From contig JAGXNO010000007.1 of NCBI GenBank assembly GCA_019894975.1, positions 30,270 to 94,269 on the forward strand: a stretch of DNA of 64,000 nucleotides, given 5' to 3'. The position numbers were made by a program, and so were the translations under genes. The notes beneath the pieces were generated by a model. It made no database searches. It was not told where the DNA came from and saw only the letters and a list, made by a program, of their open reading frames with translations. Position 1 is the stretch's first letter, and every line of letters starts with the position of its first letter. The DNA is from Promethearchaeota archaeon (lineage in GTDB: Archaea > Asgardarchaeota > Lokiarchaeia > Sigyniarchaeales > SOKP01). Below are positions 31,803-42,573 of this stretch, piece after piece.

Positions 31803-33038
31803 GTGATGAAACAAATGAAAATAGATTATACATCTTATAAGGATGTGGACTTAAAGGGAAAAAAGATATTAATGCGTGTTGACATCAATTCTAATATTGA
31901 CACAGATAAGATGGAAATAACAGATTCTCCTCGAATTCGAGTCCTTGCATCTGCTTTGAATAAACATTTCAAAAAAAGTGCTGTAATTATTTTAGCGCAT
32001 CAATCACGTCCAGGAAGCGATGATTTTACGGATTTGGATATACATGCAAAGGAAATTGAAAAATATCTTGGACGTCCTGTAAAGTTTGTTAAAGATATTT
32101 ATGGTGAGCAAGCAATCCAAGCCATTAAAGATCTCAAAAAAGGGGAAGTTTTGGTTCTAAACAATGTAAGGAAATTTGAAGGAGAAATGAAAAATTATAA
32201 AGATTTTTCCGAAGCTGAAAATACTGAAATGGTTAAGGCGCTGTTTCCTGTTGTTGATTATGTTATTGTTGATGCTTTTGGAGCAGCACATCGAGCTCAC
32301 GCATCTATTGTAGGATGGCCCAAGATGCTGGCTGGACCAATAACCGATAAAGAATTAGATGCTTTGAAGAAGATTATGATGGAACCGGAAAAACCAATGG
32401 CTATGTTAATCGGAGGAGCGAAAGCTATAGATAAATTTAAAGCTATGAAGTATAACTTCGATAATGAAAAGCTCGATTATGCTTTATGCTCGGGATTAAC
32501 AGCTATTCTTATTTTTGAAGCGTTAGGGAAGAACATGGGAGAACCAAACCATAAAATAATAGCTGAAGATCTGGAAGCTAATAAAGAGATGATTATGGAA
32601 ACATACCAAAAATATATGAATCAAATCATTCTTCCGGAAGATTTAATCATTGATGACAATGGAAATAGAAAAGTAATTGGAATTGATGAAGCTGGCACTT
32701 ATAATACCACAACAGGAGATATAGGCCCTAAAACGGTAGATAAATTCAACGAAATTCTGATGAAGTGTAAAACAATTATTGCAAACGGTCCGCCAGGTAT
32801 ATTTGAAAAGGAAGTGTTTAGAAAATCGACAAATGAAATTATCGGTACAATGGTTACTGCTACAAAGAAGAATAAAGCCCTTACCATTATAGGCGGCGGT
32901 GAAATGGGTGCTGCTGCTTCAATGGCCGGAAAAGCTGATGATGTATCTTTCATCTCCACAGCCGGAGGAGCCATGTTAGAAATTCTTTCTGGAAAAGATT
33001 TACCCATGATTAGAGCCTTACGAGAAAAGAAAGTCTAA
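31803..33038 (+). CDS. pgk: Phosphoglycerate kinase
   Basis: RVDINS, AHQSRP, DAFGAAHRAHAS, GGAK, NGPPGIFE and STAGGA. Confidence 0.97.
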   Translation: MMKQMKIDYTSYKDVDLKGKKILMRVDINSNIDTDKMEITDSPRIRVLASALNKHFKKSAVIILAHQSRPGSDDFTDLDIHAKEIEKYLGRPVKFVKDIYGEQAIQAIKDLKKGEVLVLNNVRKFEGEMKNYKDFSEAENTEMVKALFPVVDYVIVDAFGAAHRAHASIVGWPKMLAGPITDKELDALKKIMMEPEKPMAMLIGGAKAIDKFKAMKYNFDNEKLDYALCSGLTAILIFEALGKNMGEPNHKIIAEDLEANKEMIMETYQKYMNQIILPEDLIIDDNGNRKVIGIDEAGTYNTTTGDIGPKTVDKFNEILMKCKTIIANGPPGIFEKEVFRKSTNEIIGTMVTATKKNKALTIIGGGEMGAAASMAGKADDVSFISTAGGAMLEILSGKDLPMIRALREKKV

Positions 33039-33176
33039 TTTCCTTAATTTTTTTTATTTTTTTAGATTCTATCAATTTCTCTGAAATTGGAATTTAAAAA
33101 CACGATTTTTAATAAAATATTTATTTTTTGATGAAATAATTTATATAACTATTTAATTCAATATTTTTTGAATTAA

Positions 33177-33250
33177 GGGCCCGTGGTCTAGCCTGGTATG
33201 ACGTCCGCTTGACGTGCGGAAGGTCGCGCGTTCAAACCGCGCCGGGCCCA
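33177..33250 (+). tRNA. tRNA-Val(GAC), intronless, CCA not encoded
   Basis: Acceptor stem GGGCCCG/CGGGCCC; anticodon arm TCCGC-TTGACGT-GCGGA (GAC at 33211-33213); T arm GCGCG-TTCAAAC-CGCGC; TATA-like TTTATATA about 35 nt upstream. Confidence 0.97.
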
Positions 33251-33278
33251 CTAAATAATTAAAAAAAGTAAGAAGAAG

Positions 33279-33758
33279 ATGCCAATAAGAGTACGGTGGA
33301 GATCAAAGGAATATATAGGGATTGGATTATTATTGTTTGGTATGTGTGCTGTTCTACAGTTATTTTTAATAATTATTGGGCAGTACGCTTTAGGAATTGG
33401 TAATTATTTCGTGGTAATTTTAATTCCTATAGGGATGACGCTAGCAATATTCTATGCTGCAATGATTATTTTTGAAAGCTATGCTCAAGTCGAGAGAAGA
33501 GAAAAATTAAGAAGCCAATTTCGTAAATCAAAAGTAGACGTGTCAGGATTAAACCAATTTTTAAATTTTCCAATAACTAAACCATTAATTATCATATTTT
33601 TGGTATTCCTCCCTGTTTTCTTTATAAGTTTTTATATTTGTACTCTTTTTATGAATTCTACAATATCCTTTTTAACCGCTGAAAATATTAGCACTATAAT
33701 TTGCCTTCTCATTGCTAATTTAATTGAAAAAAGTTATGGGAAAGTTCAAAGGTATTGA
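33279..33758 (+). CDS. Four-TM membrane protein
   Basis: Hydrophobic segments; starts 28 nt after the tRNA. Confidence 0.7.
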   Translation: MPIRVRWRSKEYIGIGLLLFGMCAVLQLFLIIIGQYALGIGNYFVVILIPIGMTLAIFYAAMIIFESYAQVERREKLRSQFRKSKVDVSGLNQFLNFPITKPLIIIFLVFLPVFFISFYICTLFMNSTISFLTAENISTIICLLIANLIEKSYGKVQRY

Positions 33759-33908
33759 GTTTACAATCAATTTGGATGAATTGATAATATTATCGTAAAC
33801 TTATATATTGGTATTACAACATTTATTAAATAGATAAGGAAGATTTCATAATAGAAAATCTACACACTTTAAATACAAATTCACTTACTAAAATGATTTA
33901 GGTAAAGT

Positions 33909-34748
33909 ATGGCTAAAATCGAAGTTAGATGTCCGGTCTGTACTAAATGGGAGAACATCGAAATTTCAGATGATGCTACAGCGAATACTACAAAAGGACT
34001 TTTAGCCGTAAACATAGAAGCTGGAATGATATGTGATCACACTTTTATTGCTTATGTAGATAAAAACCTCACCGTAAGAGATTGTTTAATAGCAGATTTT
34101 GAAATTGAAGTATCATCATCCCCAGAAACAGAGGATGGTATTGCAAATGTAGCTGAATCGATTAACCATGATCTAATAAGATTGAATATTCCTGAAATCT
34201 TAATGGCGTCTATTTTTAAGGCAATTTTCTCAGGCAAGAACGTTATCATAATATCCGATGATGAATTTATCGCAAGTCACATTATACAATTTTTTAAGTA
34301 CGCTATGCAAAACCTATTTCATAATGATATCATCACGATGTCAAAAGCAGAGTTTAAAAATAGTAATGACCAATATGAGAATCATATTGTATTTGATAAA
34401 ATTGAAGTAATTCAAGATAGATATAATACTGTTGATCCTAAAACATTATTGATTGAAAAAAGTATTGCTCGAAAATTTTTGGAAGAATATAATTTGGTTA
34501 CTGGATTAATTATATTAAGAAATGAAATTCAAAAAGCATTTGAATTCTCGAAAACGTTATCGGAATTCATAAAAGATGCTGATGAAAAAGCATTAACTGC
34601 AAAAATTCTCAATAACCATATTAAAGAAGTCTATAACGAGAAAATACAGATCAATTATCTCAATTTTTTATTAAATATTTTAAAACAATATTTTAATCTT
34701 GTATTGCCCGACATAAAGGGTTTACAAAACTTCTTAAGGGTTTTTTGA
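33909..34748 (+). CDS. Zn-ribbon protein of a Lokiarchaeia-type family
   Basis: CPVC..CDHTFIAYVDKNLTVR N-terminal motif. Confidence 0.65.
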   Translation: MAKIEVRCPVCTKWENIEISDDATANTTKGLLAVNIEAGMICDHTFIAYVDKNLTVRDCLIADFEIEVSSSPETEDGIANVAESINHDLIRLNIPEILMASIFKAIFSGKNVIIISDDEFIASHIIQFFKYAMQNLFHNDIITMSKAEFKNSNDQYENHIVFDKIEVIQDRYNTVDPKTLLIEKSIARKFLEEYNLVTGLIILRNEIQKAFEFSKTLSEFIKDADEKALTAKILNNHIKEVYNEKIQINYLNFLLNILKQYFNLVLPDIKGLQNFLRVF

Positions 34749-34788
34749 TTAAAAGTTCATTTCATAAAACCTGCGGGTTGATTTTAAT

Positions 34789-35247
34789 ATGAAGCAAATT
34801 GATACTGAAGAGATTGCTAAACTTTGGTTTGAAAATATGTGGAGTATACCAGATTTAACTATTGCAGATAAAATAGTTGATCCAAATTATAATCCTAGCT
34901 GGATTTATATAGATAAGAAGGGTCCTGCTCAGGTGAAGCATGAAATCAATTATTTTCGAACAATTTTTCCGGATTTACACTACGAAATTGTTGAAATGAG
35001 AGGAGAAAAGGACAAGGTTTGGATTCGTTATAATGCTCGTGGCACACACTTAGGAGATGGTTGGGGATTTAAAGCGACTAACAAAACAGTTGAATTTGAA
35101 GGTGCCACTATTTTATATCTTAATCCCGAGGGAAAAGTTATTGATCAATGGGGTGCATTTTGTTTCTATGATCTCTTTTACGAGTTAGGAGTTGTTCCTC
35201 CTTTCTGGGAGTTACATAAATACTTAGATGGAAATTTCCATGAATAA
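34789..35247 (+). CDS. SnoaL-like/ester cyclase (NTF2-like) protein
   Basis: FPDL, GTHLG..ATNKTVEFEG and GKVID motifs. Confidence 0.85.
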   Translation: MKQIDTEEIAKLWFENMWSIPDLTIADKIVDPNYNPSWIYIDKKGPAQVKHEINYFRTIFPDLHYEIVEMRGEKDKVWIRYNARGTHLGDGWGFKATNKTVEFEGATILYLNPEGKVIDQWGAFCFYDLFYELGVVPPFWELHKYLDGNFHE

Positions 35248-35253
35248 CAATAA

Positions 35254-36120
35254 TTAACTTTTTGCCGGAGATGCATAACAATAACCACAGTTATGTTTGC
35301 ATCGAAAGATCCCTGAATATCCTCCAATATCTTTTGATTTGAAACAACCGCAATCTTTCCTTTGACCTGTATCTCTTATTATCGGAATCTTCTCATTAAT
35401 AATTCCTCCAATTTTTTTTGCATCGATACAGTGTGCTTGTTCAATACCTTCAATGCCCAATAACTCAGGTTGACAACAGGCATTCATTTGAATATCATAA
35501 TCATTACAGATCTTGATTAATCTTAATAAAATTTCCCTTTTTTCTTGTAAAGGCAGATCAACCGGGATATATCCTCTTGCTTTCATCCTGTTTTTAACCT
35601 TAGGATATAGCGTTGCGAAGGAAAATATAAGGTTCTTAATTCCAAGATTAGATACACCCTTGATTATATATTCAAATTCATCAAGATTATTTTGAATTTT
35701 GGTTGAACCCATTCTTTTGTAAAAGATTATAGGATCATATCTATAATTTATATTTGATACTCCAAATTCATTTATTAACCATTCTAACTGATGGAATCGT
35801 TCTCCAATTGAGACATTTAAGTTCTTTTCTAATTCTGATGGAGAATTGATTGTAAATTGAAAAAAGTGTCCCTTATATGATTGGAATAGTGCTTTATTCT
35901 CAAGGTATTGCTTAATCCATTCTTTAAAATTTTTACTCCACCATACAAAGCATCTTACCATTTTGGGTTCTAATGAAACTCTAGAAATCTGTTTACGATT
36001 AAATGGATTAACTACATCAACATGCTTCGCCTTAATCCTTTCAATTATCCAATCCATTAAAAAAGCGGGAATATCTGTTCTACGCGAACATGATATAATT
36101 GAAGGTTCAACAATATTCAT
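35254..36120 (-). CDS. DUF1848 family protein
   Basis: IISCSRRTDIPAF, RYDPI, CID, GQRKDCGC..SKDIG.Y and C.H.C.YCYA. Confidence 0.9.
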   Translation of the reverse strand: MNIVEPSIISCSRRTDIPAFLMDWIIERIKAKHVDVVNPFNRKQISRVSLEPKMVRCFVWWSKNFKEWIKQYLENKALFQSYKGHFFQFTINSPSELEKNLNVSIGERFHQLEWLINEFGVSNINYRYDPIIFYKRMGSTKIQNNLDEFEYIIKGVSNLGIKNLIFSFATLYPKVKNRMKARGYIPVDLPLQEKREILLRLIKICNDYDIQMNACCQPELLGIEGIEQAHCIDAKKIGGIINEKIPIIRDTGQRKDCGCFKSKDIGGYSGIFRCKHNCGYCYASPAKS

Positions 36121-36177
36121 TAAAATTTTGCATATATTATTTAATACCTAATTGAATATATCTTCAAATAAATTCTT

Positions 36178-37047
36178 TTAAATTAATACTCCTATGAGAT
36201 AAGAAATTGTGCCAAATTGCATTATTATAAAAACACGGTTTCTTAATTGTAATATATTTCTACTTGTTTGATTTGTTAGAAGGGATCTTGAAAGGAAAAT
36301 ATACAATATTACTGGAATTAATATCAAGAATAAAAAGATATAATCTAAGTATAATTTTTGATCAATTCTTAAAAAATAAGGCAAGGGATCTAAAACCATT
36401 ATAATAACATAAAGAATTGTAGAGATTTCAGCAGCTCTCTTAACTCCAAACTCTGTAGGAATCGTTTTTATACCTTTTTCTTTATCTCCTTTTACATCAG
36501 CTATGTCAAACATAATTTCATTTGCCAATCCAACAATAAAACCCATAATAGCAAAATAGATTATTAAAGGTTCAAGATGTGAATCTATAATTAATGCTCC
36601 TAAGAAAATAGTGCTTGAGTATGATAAAGCAATTAATATATTCTTAATAAATAATCTTTTCTTCAAAACCACACTATATATATAATAAATTGTTATATTT
36701 ATGTAAATCAAAATTAGTGAAATAAGATTTAGGAGAGTGCTCAATAAGATAACAATTATTAACGACACTATTGCCGTAATTAAAGCGGTTTTTCTCGATA
36801 TTAACCCAATGACTATAGGGCGATCTTGTCTGTTATTGATTTTATCTACCTCAGAATCAAAATAGTCATTAATAACAAATGCACCTGAACCAGATATAAG
36901 TACAATTAGAAAAGCTATTAAGTATTCGAATTGAAATCCTTTCAGATCACCTGCAAGGATTCCTGATACAAGCAAGCTAATGCACCCAAATAAAGAAACA
37001 CCTAATCGAGTGAGTTTTAAAAATCCTAAAATTCTCTCTTTAAACAT
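36178..37047 (-). CDS. UbiA-family prenyltransferase (DGGGP synthase-like)
   Basis: NDYFDSEVDKIN..RP and DIADVKGD Asp-rich motifs; multiple TM helices. Confidence 0.88.
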   Translation of the reverse strand: MFKERILGFLKLTRLGVSLFGCISLLVSGILAGDLKGFQFEYLIAFLIVLISGSGAFVINDYFDSEVDKINNRQDRPIVIGLISRKTALITAIVSLIIVILLSTLLNLISLILIYINITIYYIYSVVLKKRLFIKNILIALSYSSTIFLGALIIDSHLEPLIIYFAIMGFIVGLANEIMFDIADVKGDKEKGIKTIPTEFGVKRAAEISTILYVIIMVLDPLPYFLRIDQKLYLDYIFLFLILIPVILYIFLSRSLLTNQTSRNILQLRNRVFIIMQFGTISYLIGVLI

Positions 37048-37167
37048 TTATGGTCATTTTAATATTGATGTAGACTAAATTAAAAATTAAAAAAAGGGAA
37101 TTAAATCTTTCTTATATTTTTTATAATCCCCATTTAATTTTTTAAATTATGAAACATTTTAATCATT

Positions 37168-38190
37168 ATGATCCCGTCAATCATATGGACTTCTGAAGAT
37201 AAAGTGAAGATGATAGATCAGACTCTTTTGCCCCAGAAACTTGAATTCTTAGAGTTTGATGACTATAGAGAAGTTGCCACATCAATAAAAGTAATGAATA
37301 TTCGTGGTGCTCCTGCAATAGGAGTTGCTGCAGCAATGGGAATGGCTCTAGCAACGATAGAATATAAAAATTTACCAAAAGAAAAGTTTTTAGAAGCAAT
37401 GGAAGAAGCTGCTAATGTTCTTAGGAATACTAGACCAACAGCTTCGAATTTATTTTGGGCTATAGACAGGATTTGGAAGATAATCGATACTTACCCCGAT
37501 AATCCGGAAAATCTTTCTGAACTTATTATAGAAGAAGCGAAACTTATGGCTCAAGAAGATATCATAGTCAATAAAAGTATTGGTAAAAATGGAGCAGAAT
37601 TATTAGAAGATGGAGATGTTGTATTAACACATTGTAATGCTGGATCTCTAGCTACAGTTCAATATGGTACAGCCCTAGCTCCAATTAGAACCGCAATTGA
37701 GCAAGGAAAAAAAATCGAAGTTATTGCTGATGAAACACGCCCACGATTACAAGGTGCAAGATTAACAGCTTATGAGTTACAGTATGATAAAATCCCTGTA
37801 AATGTTATTTCAGATACTTCTTCTGGATTGCTTATGAGGTTAGGAAAAATCAACAAAGTAATTGTTGGTACTGATCGTGTGACTTCTGATGCTGTATTTA
37901 ATAAGATTGGTACTTATTTGGTAGCTTTAGCAGCAAAGGATAATAATATTCCCTTTTATGTAGCAGCTCCAACATCAAGTTTATCTCTTGGAGAAACTAT
38001 CAAAGATGTCACGATTGAACAACGAGATAGTAGTGAGGTAAGTAATGTCTTAGGGAAAGTGCGGATTGTTCCAGAAGGAGTAGAGTGTTTGAATTATGCT
38101 TTTGATATGACTCCTTTCAGATTAGTTACTGGTATTATTACGGAGGATGGTGTTTTTACCCATAAAGAGCTATTGAATAGGTACTTATAA
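37168..38190 (+). CDS. mtnA: S-methyl-5-thioribose-1-phosphate isomerase
   Basis: DQTLLP, IRGAPAIG, RPTASNL, THCNAGSLAT, ETRPRLQGARLT and NKIGTY. Confidence 0.92.
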   Translation: MIPSIIWTSEDKVKMIDQTLLPQKLEFLEFDDYREVATSIKVMNIRGAPAIGVAAAMGMALATIEYKNLPKEKFLEAMEEAANVLRNTRPTASNLFWAIDRIWKIIDTYPDNPENLSELIIEEAKLMAQEDIIVNKSIGKNGAELLEDGDVVLTHCNAGSLATVQYGTALAPIRTAIEQGKKIEVIADETRPRLQGARLTAYELQYDKIPVNVISDTSSGLLMRLGKINKVIVGTDRVTSDAVFNKIGTYLVALAAKDNNIPFYVAAPTSSLSLGETIKDVTIEQRDSSEVSNVLGKVRIVPEGVECLNYAFDMTPFRLVTGIITEDGVFTHKELLNRYL

Positions 38191-38207
38191 GCTAATCCAT
38201 AAATCTC

Positions 38208-39197
38208 TTACGAGTTAGAAAAGTTATCTAAAGTTATTCTTAATTGCTTAAGTGTTCTCACTTTACTTAATTTTCTTCGAAAGAGTGTGGAATTTTCAAT
38301 ATCTTTTGTTAACCAGATTGCATTTCTCTTTAATTCCATTAATTTAAATTCCTCATTCCCATGAGGTGCTAAGGTATTAGATAAAAAATCGTCTACTATA
38401 TTCTCGTAAATATTCAAGTATTCCCTCATTAAAGATAAATTGTTTTTAAAAATGTGTACTTTGTTTTCAGTCAAATAGAGATGTATATGTTGAAAAATTT
38501 TAGGATTTCCCATAGATTCTCTTCCAATCATTAACGCATCAACATTAGTGTAATCAATAAAATATTTAGCATTTTTTGGATCAGTGATATTACCATTCCC
38601 TACTAGAGGAATTGAAAGTTTGTGTTTTAATCTTCTTACAGTCTCTAAATCCAATGTTCCATCATTATATTTGCTTTTAACTGTTCTTGCATGGATAATT
38701 AAGAAAGATATTCCTGAATTATTAACAATATTAGCCAAGCTGTCTAAATCGACAGGCTTACTAAATCCCGTTCTAATTTTTAAAGAAATTGGTTTCGAAC
38801 AATTTTTTACGACTACATGAATAATGTTTGTTAATAATTCTAAATCTTTCATTAAATAACCTCCTTCTTTAGCGTTAATAGCTCTACGAGACGGACATCC
38901 TGCATTTATGTCTAAAACGTCATATTTATAACTTTCAAGACAATCTATTGACTTTTTAAGAGCATCTAGATCAGATCCTATCAATTGTATGCTAATTGGT
39001 TTTTCTTTTTCTATTTTAGATAACTCAAATTCTAAAAATTTTGGATTTTTTGCTATTCTCTTGGCATAAATCATTGGAACACTAACCAACCCAATTTTAT
39101 GGAAATTTCTACAAAATCTTCTATAAGGTCCAGTAGTCACATTTTGCATAGGCGCTAAAATGTATCTATTTGCTAATTCAAGTGTTCCTAATTTCAT
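38208..39197 (-). CDS. dus: tRNA-dihydrouridine synthase
   Basis: LAPM, QLIG, DINAGCP, KIRTG, HART, GNGNI and MIGR. Confidence 0.9.
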   Translation of the reverse strand: MKLGTLELANRYILAPMQNVTTGPYRRFCRNFHKIGLVSVPMIYAKRIAKNPKFLEFELSKIEKEKPISIQLIGSDLDALKKSIDCLESYKYDVLDINAGCPSRRAINAKEGGYLMKDLELLTNIIHVVVKNCSKPISLKIRTGFSKPVDLDSLANIVNNSGISFLIIHARTVKSKYNDGTLDLETVRRLKHKLSIPLVGNGNITDPKNAKYFIDYTNVDALMIGRESMGNPKIFQHIHLYLTENKVHIFKNNLSLMREYLNIYENIVDDFLSNTLAPHGNEEFKLMELKRNAIWLTKDIENSTLFRRKLSKVRTLKQLRITLDNFSNS

Positions 39198-39293
39198 GAT
39201 TTCCTTAGTATCACTTATAGTCTAAAATAATGAAACTTTTTTACTAATTCAAATTTTTTATAATTAAATAAATCTATTCAGATAACATTTAAA

Positions 39294-39791
39294 ATGTCAA
39301 ATAACCTCATAGAATTCACGTTTAAAAGTCCTCCTAAAATGTTTACCTATATAGAGGGAGAACCATTAAAAATAACAGAATATTATGATTTTTTTCATAA
39401 TAAAAGCAAAATAAGAAAGAGTCTTATTCAGCTCCAATATCTCTTTAAATCTTATACTAAAACTCCTCTTTTAGCATCGGGAATTCGCGATACTTATCTT
39501 AAAGAGGAATATAGTGAGCACTATCTAATGATTTTATTTACAACACCAGATATTATAAAGGATGCAAATAAGATTATAGAAATATACTCTAATTTCGAAT
39601 TTACCATAGGCAAATTTTTACTAATAACAACTCAAGATTATTTGTTGTTGCTCGCTAAAGATATAGGTGCCATAAATTCAGGAGTTGAATATATGGAGGA
39701 AATCTTAAAACAAATTTTAGAAGATTATTTTGCCAAAAAAGATTTTGAAGATTTTATAAAAGTCCGTCAGTTTAGTTTATCTAATTTTTAA
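39294..39791 (+). CDS. Hypothetical protein
   Basis: 165-aa ORF; C-terminus weakly resembles GH20 domain 2. Confidence 0.55.
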   Translation: MSNNLIEFTFKSPPKMFTYIEGEPLKITEYYDFFHNKSKIRKSLIQLQYLFKSYTKTPLLASGIRDTYLKEEYSEHYLMILFTTPDIIKDANKIIEIYSNFEFTIGKFLLITTQDYLLLLAKDIGAINSGVEYMEEILKQILEDYFAKKDFEDFIKVRQFSLSNF

Positions 39792-39808
39792 AAGATTTAA
39801 AAATCTTA

Positions 39809-41527
39809 TCACTCGAATTTCCAAGGTTTTTGTTTTTTAAGTCTATAAGCTTTTTCGGCATATTGTAACATCATACGGTGGGTGTTAAAATAAGCTGCCA
39901 ATGAGATTGCATTTATCTGCCTAAAAATCCATTCATCATGATTCATGTAAGTTGGGATAACCTCATTTTCTAGTATCTCATACAGTGCATTGGCATCTAA
40001 ATCCCAATCATTTGATACACCAGGATCTTCTGGATTTGAATCATCAGGTCCGATCCCCCAACCAGCTAAATGGTTCATTTTATATCCTTCTAACCACCAA
40101 CCATCTTGAACCGATAAATTTAAAACACCATTAAGTGCTGCCTTCATCCCACTTGTACCGCTAGCTTCACGATATCTCTCTGGAGTATTTAACCAAATAT
40201 CTACTCCCGAAACTAACATATGAGCTAGGTCCATGTTATAATTCTCCATCATTACAACTTTCACACCGTAATTGTCATATAGATACTCACCGGCTTCATG
40301 GATTTTTTGAATATACTCTTTTCCCATTTGGTCTTTTGGATGAGCTTTTCCCGCAAAGATAAATTGTATATTATTTTTGCAGATTTTACCTATTCTATCA
40401 ATATCATGAAAGATTAGTGTAGCTCTTTTATATGTCGCAAACCTTCGTGCAAAACCAATAGTAATCATTTCCTCATCTAATAAATTCCAGGAATGTCCTT
40501 TTTGATAGGATATTAAGTTGAATTTATTTTTGATGTGTGCATCGAAGATATCTAATGGATCTAACACCACCGCATTTTCCAAAATCGAAGGATTTGCTCT
40601 CCAATTGGGCCATTTTCTGCCAAAGACCTTACGAATTGGTTTAGAAACCCAAAAAGGTAAATGAATTCCATTAGTTATATGATCGATTTCATATTGTGGA
40701 AACATTTTCCTTGAGATATCACCATGTTTCTTAGCAACTCCATTTCTATATCTGGAGAGAGCCATTCCAAGAAAAGTCATATTAAATTCTCCTTTATCGT
40801 CGGCAAGTTTCTTAATTTCAGCAGGCATTCTATTTTCAAAGACTTTATCGACTAACTCTTGTTTAAAACGATCATGACCGGCAGGTACAGGAGTATGGGT
40901 TGTAAATACTACTTTTTCTTTTACCTTCTCAATATCACCATTTAACATGTTATAAAGCTCAACCATAGCGAATGAACCATGTCCTTCATTAAGGTGATAA
41001 GTTTGAATGTTATCATAACCTAAAGATTTCAATAGTTTAACTCCCCCAATTCCTAATATCATTTCCTGAACTATTCTATTCCATCTTGAAGTAGAATCAT
41101 AAAGAGAGCCAGTCATTTTCTTCACCCAATCTTCATTTACCTCGATATCAGTGGTTAATAAATATATAGGCAAAACATGACCAGATTGACCAATTACATT
41201 ATATTGCCAGGCTGAAACTTTTACGTCCTTATTTTCTATCTTCATGCTAATTGGTCGAGGAATCCTATCGAATTCATAAAAAAAATTCCATTCAATCTCT
41301 CTTTCTTTCTGTTCGCCAAACTCATTAAAAAATTGGTAAAAATAGCCAGAACTATAGCATAAGCAGATCCCCACCATAGGAAGTTCTAAGTCTGCAGAGG
41401 ATCTAATAGTATCCCCCGATAACACACCTAGACCACCACTATATGTAGGGATATTACTATCGACACCTATCTCCATTGAGATATACGCTACAGTAGTATT
41501 TTTTTTTAGATCTTCATCAACATTCAT
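39809..41527 (-). CDS. glgP: Alpha-glucan (glycogen) phosphorylase
   Basis: YSGGLGVL, HLNEGH, FTTHTP, ARRFATYKR, GKAHP and EASGTSGMK. Confidence 0.95.
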   Translation of the reverse strand: MNVDEDLKKNTTVAYISMEIGVDSNIPTYSGGLGVLSGDTIRSSADLELPMVGICLCYSSGYFYQFFNEFGEQKEREIEWNFFYEFDRIPRPISMKIENKDVKVSAWQYNVIGQSGHVLPIYLLTTDIEVNEDWVKKMTGSLYDSTSRWNRIVQEMILGIGGVKLLKSLGYDNIQTYHLNEGHGSFAMVELYNMLNGDIEKVKEKVVFTTHTPVPAGHDRFKQELVDKVFENRMPAEIKKLADDKGEFNMTFLGMALSRYRNGVAKKHGDISRKMFPQYEIDHITNGIHLPFWVSKPIRKVFGRKWPNWRANPSILENAVVLDPLDIFDAHIKNKFNLISYQKGHSWNLLDEEMITIGFARRFATYKRATLIFHDIDRIGKICKNNIQFIFAGKAHPKDQMGKEYIQKIHEAGEYLYDNYGVKVVMMENYNMDLAHMLVSGVDIWLNTPERYREASGTSGMKAALNGVLNLSVQDGWWLEGYKMNHLAGWGIGPDDSNPEDPGVSNDWDLDANALYEILENEVIPTYMNHDEWIFRQINAISLAAYFNTHRMMLQYAEKAYRLKKQKPWKFE

Positions 41528-41661
41528 TTAGTTTCACAATCCTAATGTTATTAATTTGATTTCCTGCAATTAAATAGAAATTTTATATATTATGTTTAAA
41601 AACCATGGTTTAAAATCTTAACTTAAATAAAAAATTGAAAGTGTTAATAAAAAAATAGAAT

Positions 41662-42546
41662 TTATTTCATTCTAGCAATTTCTTCGTTGATTTTTCGTCG
41701 ATTTTCTTCCAGATCTTCAATTCCTAAACCCTTTGCCATAGTTTCCCATTGTTCTGTATTTTGGCCCCACATCCTTCCCCCTATTAAACCTCCATCAACA
41801 ACTAGTGGGTGTCCGCTAACAAATGTTGATTCCTCACTTGCTAGCCATAGAGCTGCTTTAGCAATATCCTCTGGAAGCCCTGATCGGTTTATTGGTTGAA
41901 GTCCAGAAAGAAACATCTTTGCTAATTCTTTGAATCTTTCTGCTTTAACTTGGTCTAAACCAAGACCTTTCCCGAAAATGGCAGTTGCTATTCCCCCGGG
42001 ACATATACAATTTACACGGATATTAAATTCTCCTAATTCCATAGCAACTGTACGAGTTAGGTGAATAATTGCAGCTTTAGCTGCGCTATAAACATGACCA
42101 CCCATCCCTGTTCGAAGGCCTGCTACGCTTGCTGTGCTGATAATGCTTCCTGAACCTTGTTGCTTCATTATAGGAGCAGCATGTTTCATACCCAGAAAAA
42201 CACTTCGGAATTGAATTTCCATACTCACGTCAAATCCATCTGTGGGAGTTTCATCAATTGGACCTCCTACACATGGAAATCCTGCATTATTAAACATACA
42301 ATCAAGACGACCGAATTTTTCAACAGCAAGATCAATTAGTGCTTTTATTTCAGATTCATTTCGAACATTAGCATGCGAATATATAGCATTTGGGCCAAGT
42401 TCTTCAGCAAGAGCTTCCCCTAATTCGTCTTGAATATCCCCAAATACAACTTGAGCACCTTCCTCAACAAATAGCCTCACAGAGGCATTCCCAATACCAC
42501 TAGATCCGCCTGTTATTACAACTACTTTTCCATCAAGTTTACCCAT
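41662..42546 (-). CDS. Short-chain dehydrogenase/reductase
   Basis: TGGSSGIG, NNAG and YSAAK motifs. Confidence 0.95.
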   Translation of the reverse strand: MGKLDGKVVVITGGSSGIGNASVRLFVEEGAQVVFGDIQDELGEALAEELGPNAIYSHANVRNESEIKALIDLAVEKFGRLDCMFNNAGFPCVGGPIDETPTDGFDVSMEIQFRSVFLGMKHAAPIMKQQGSGSIISTASVAGLRTGMGGHVYSAAKAAIIHLTRTVAMELGEFNIRVNCICPGGIATAIFGKGLGLDQVKAERFKELAKMFLSGLQPINRSGLPEDIAKAALWLASEESTFVSGHPLVVDGGLIGGRMWGQNTEQWETMAKGLGIEDLEENRRKINEEIARMK

Positions 42547-42573
42547 TTTTTTTCTCCCTTAAATTTTTTTTAT

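Noticed and set aside
33177-33300. tRNA-Val as an integration site
   Set aside because: No duplicated tRNA 3' end or integrase was noticed in the window.
37168-38190. eIF2B subunit or ribose-1,5-bisphosphate isomerase
   Set aside because: DQTLLP, THCNAG and ETRPRLQG motifs fit MtnA better.
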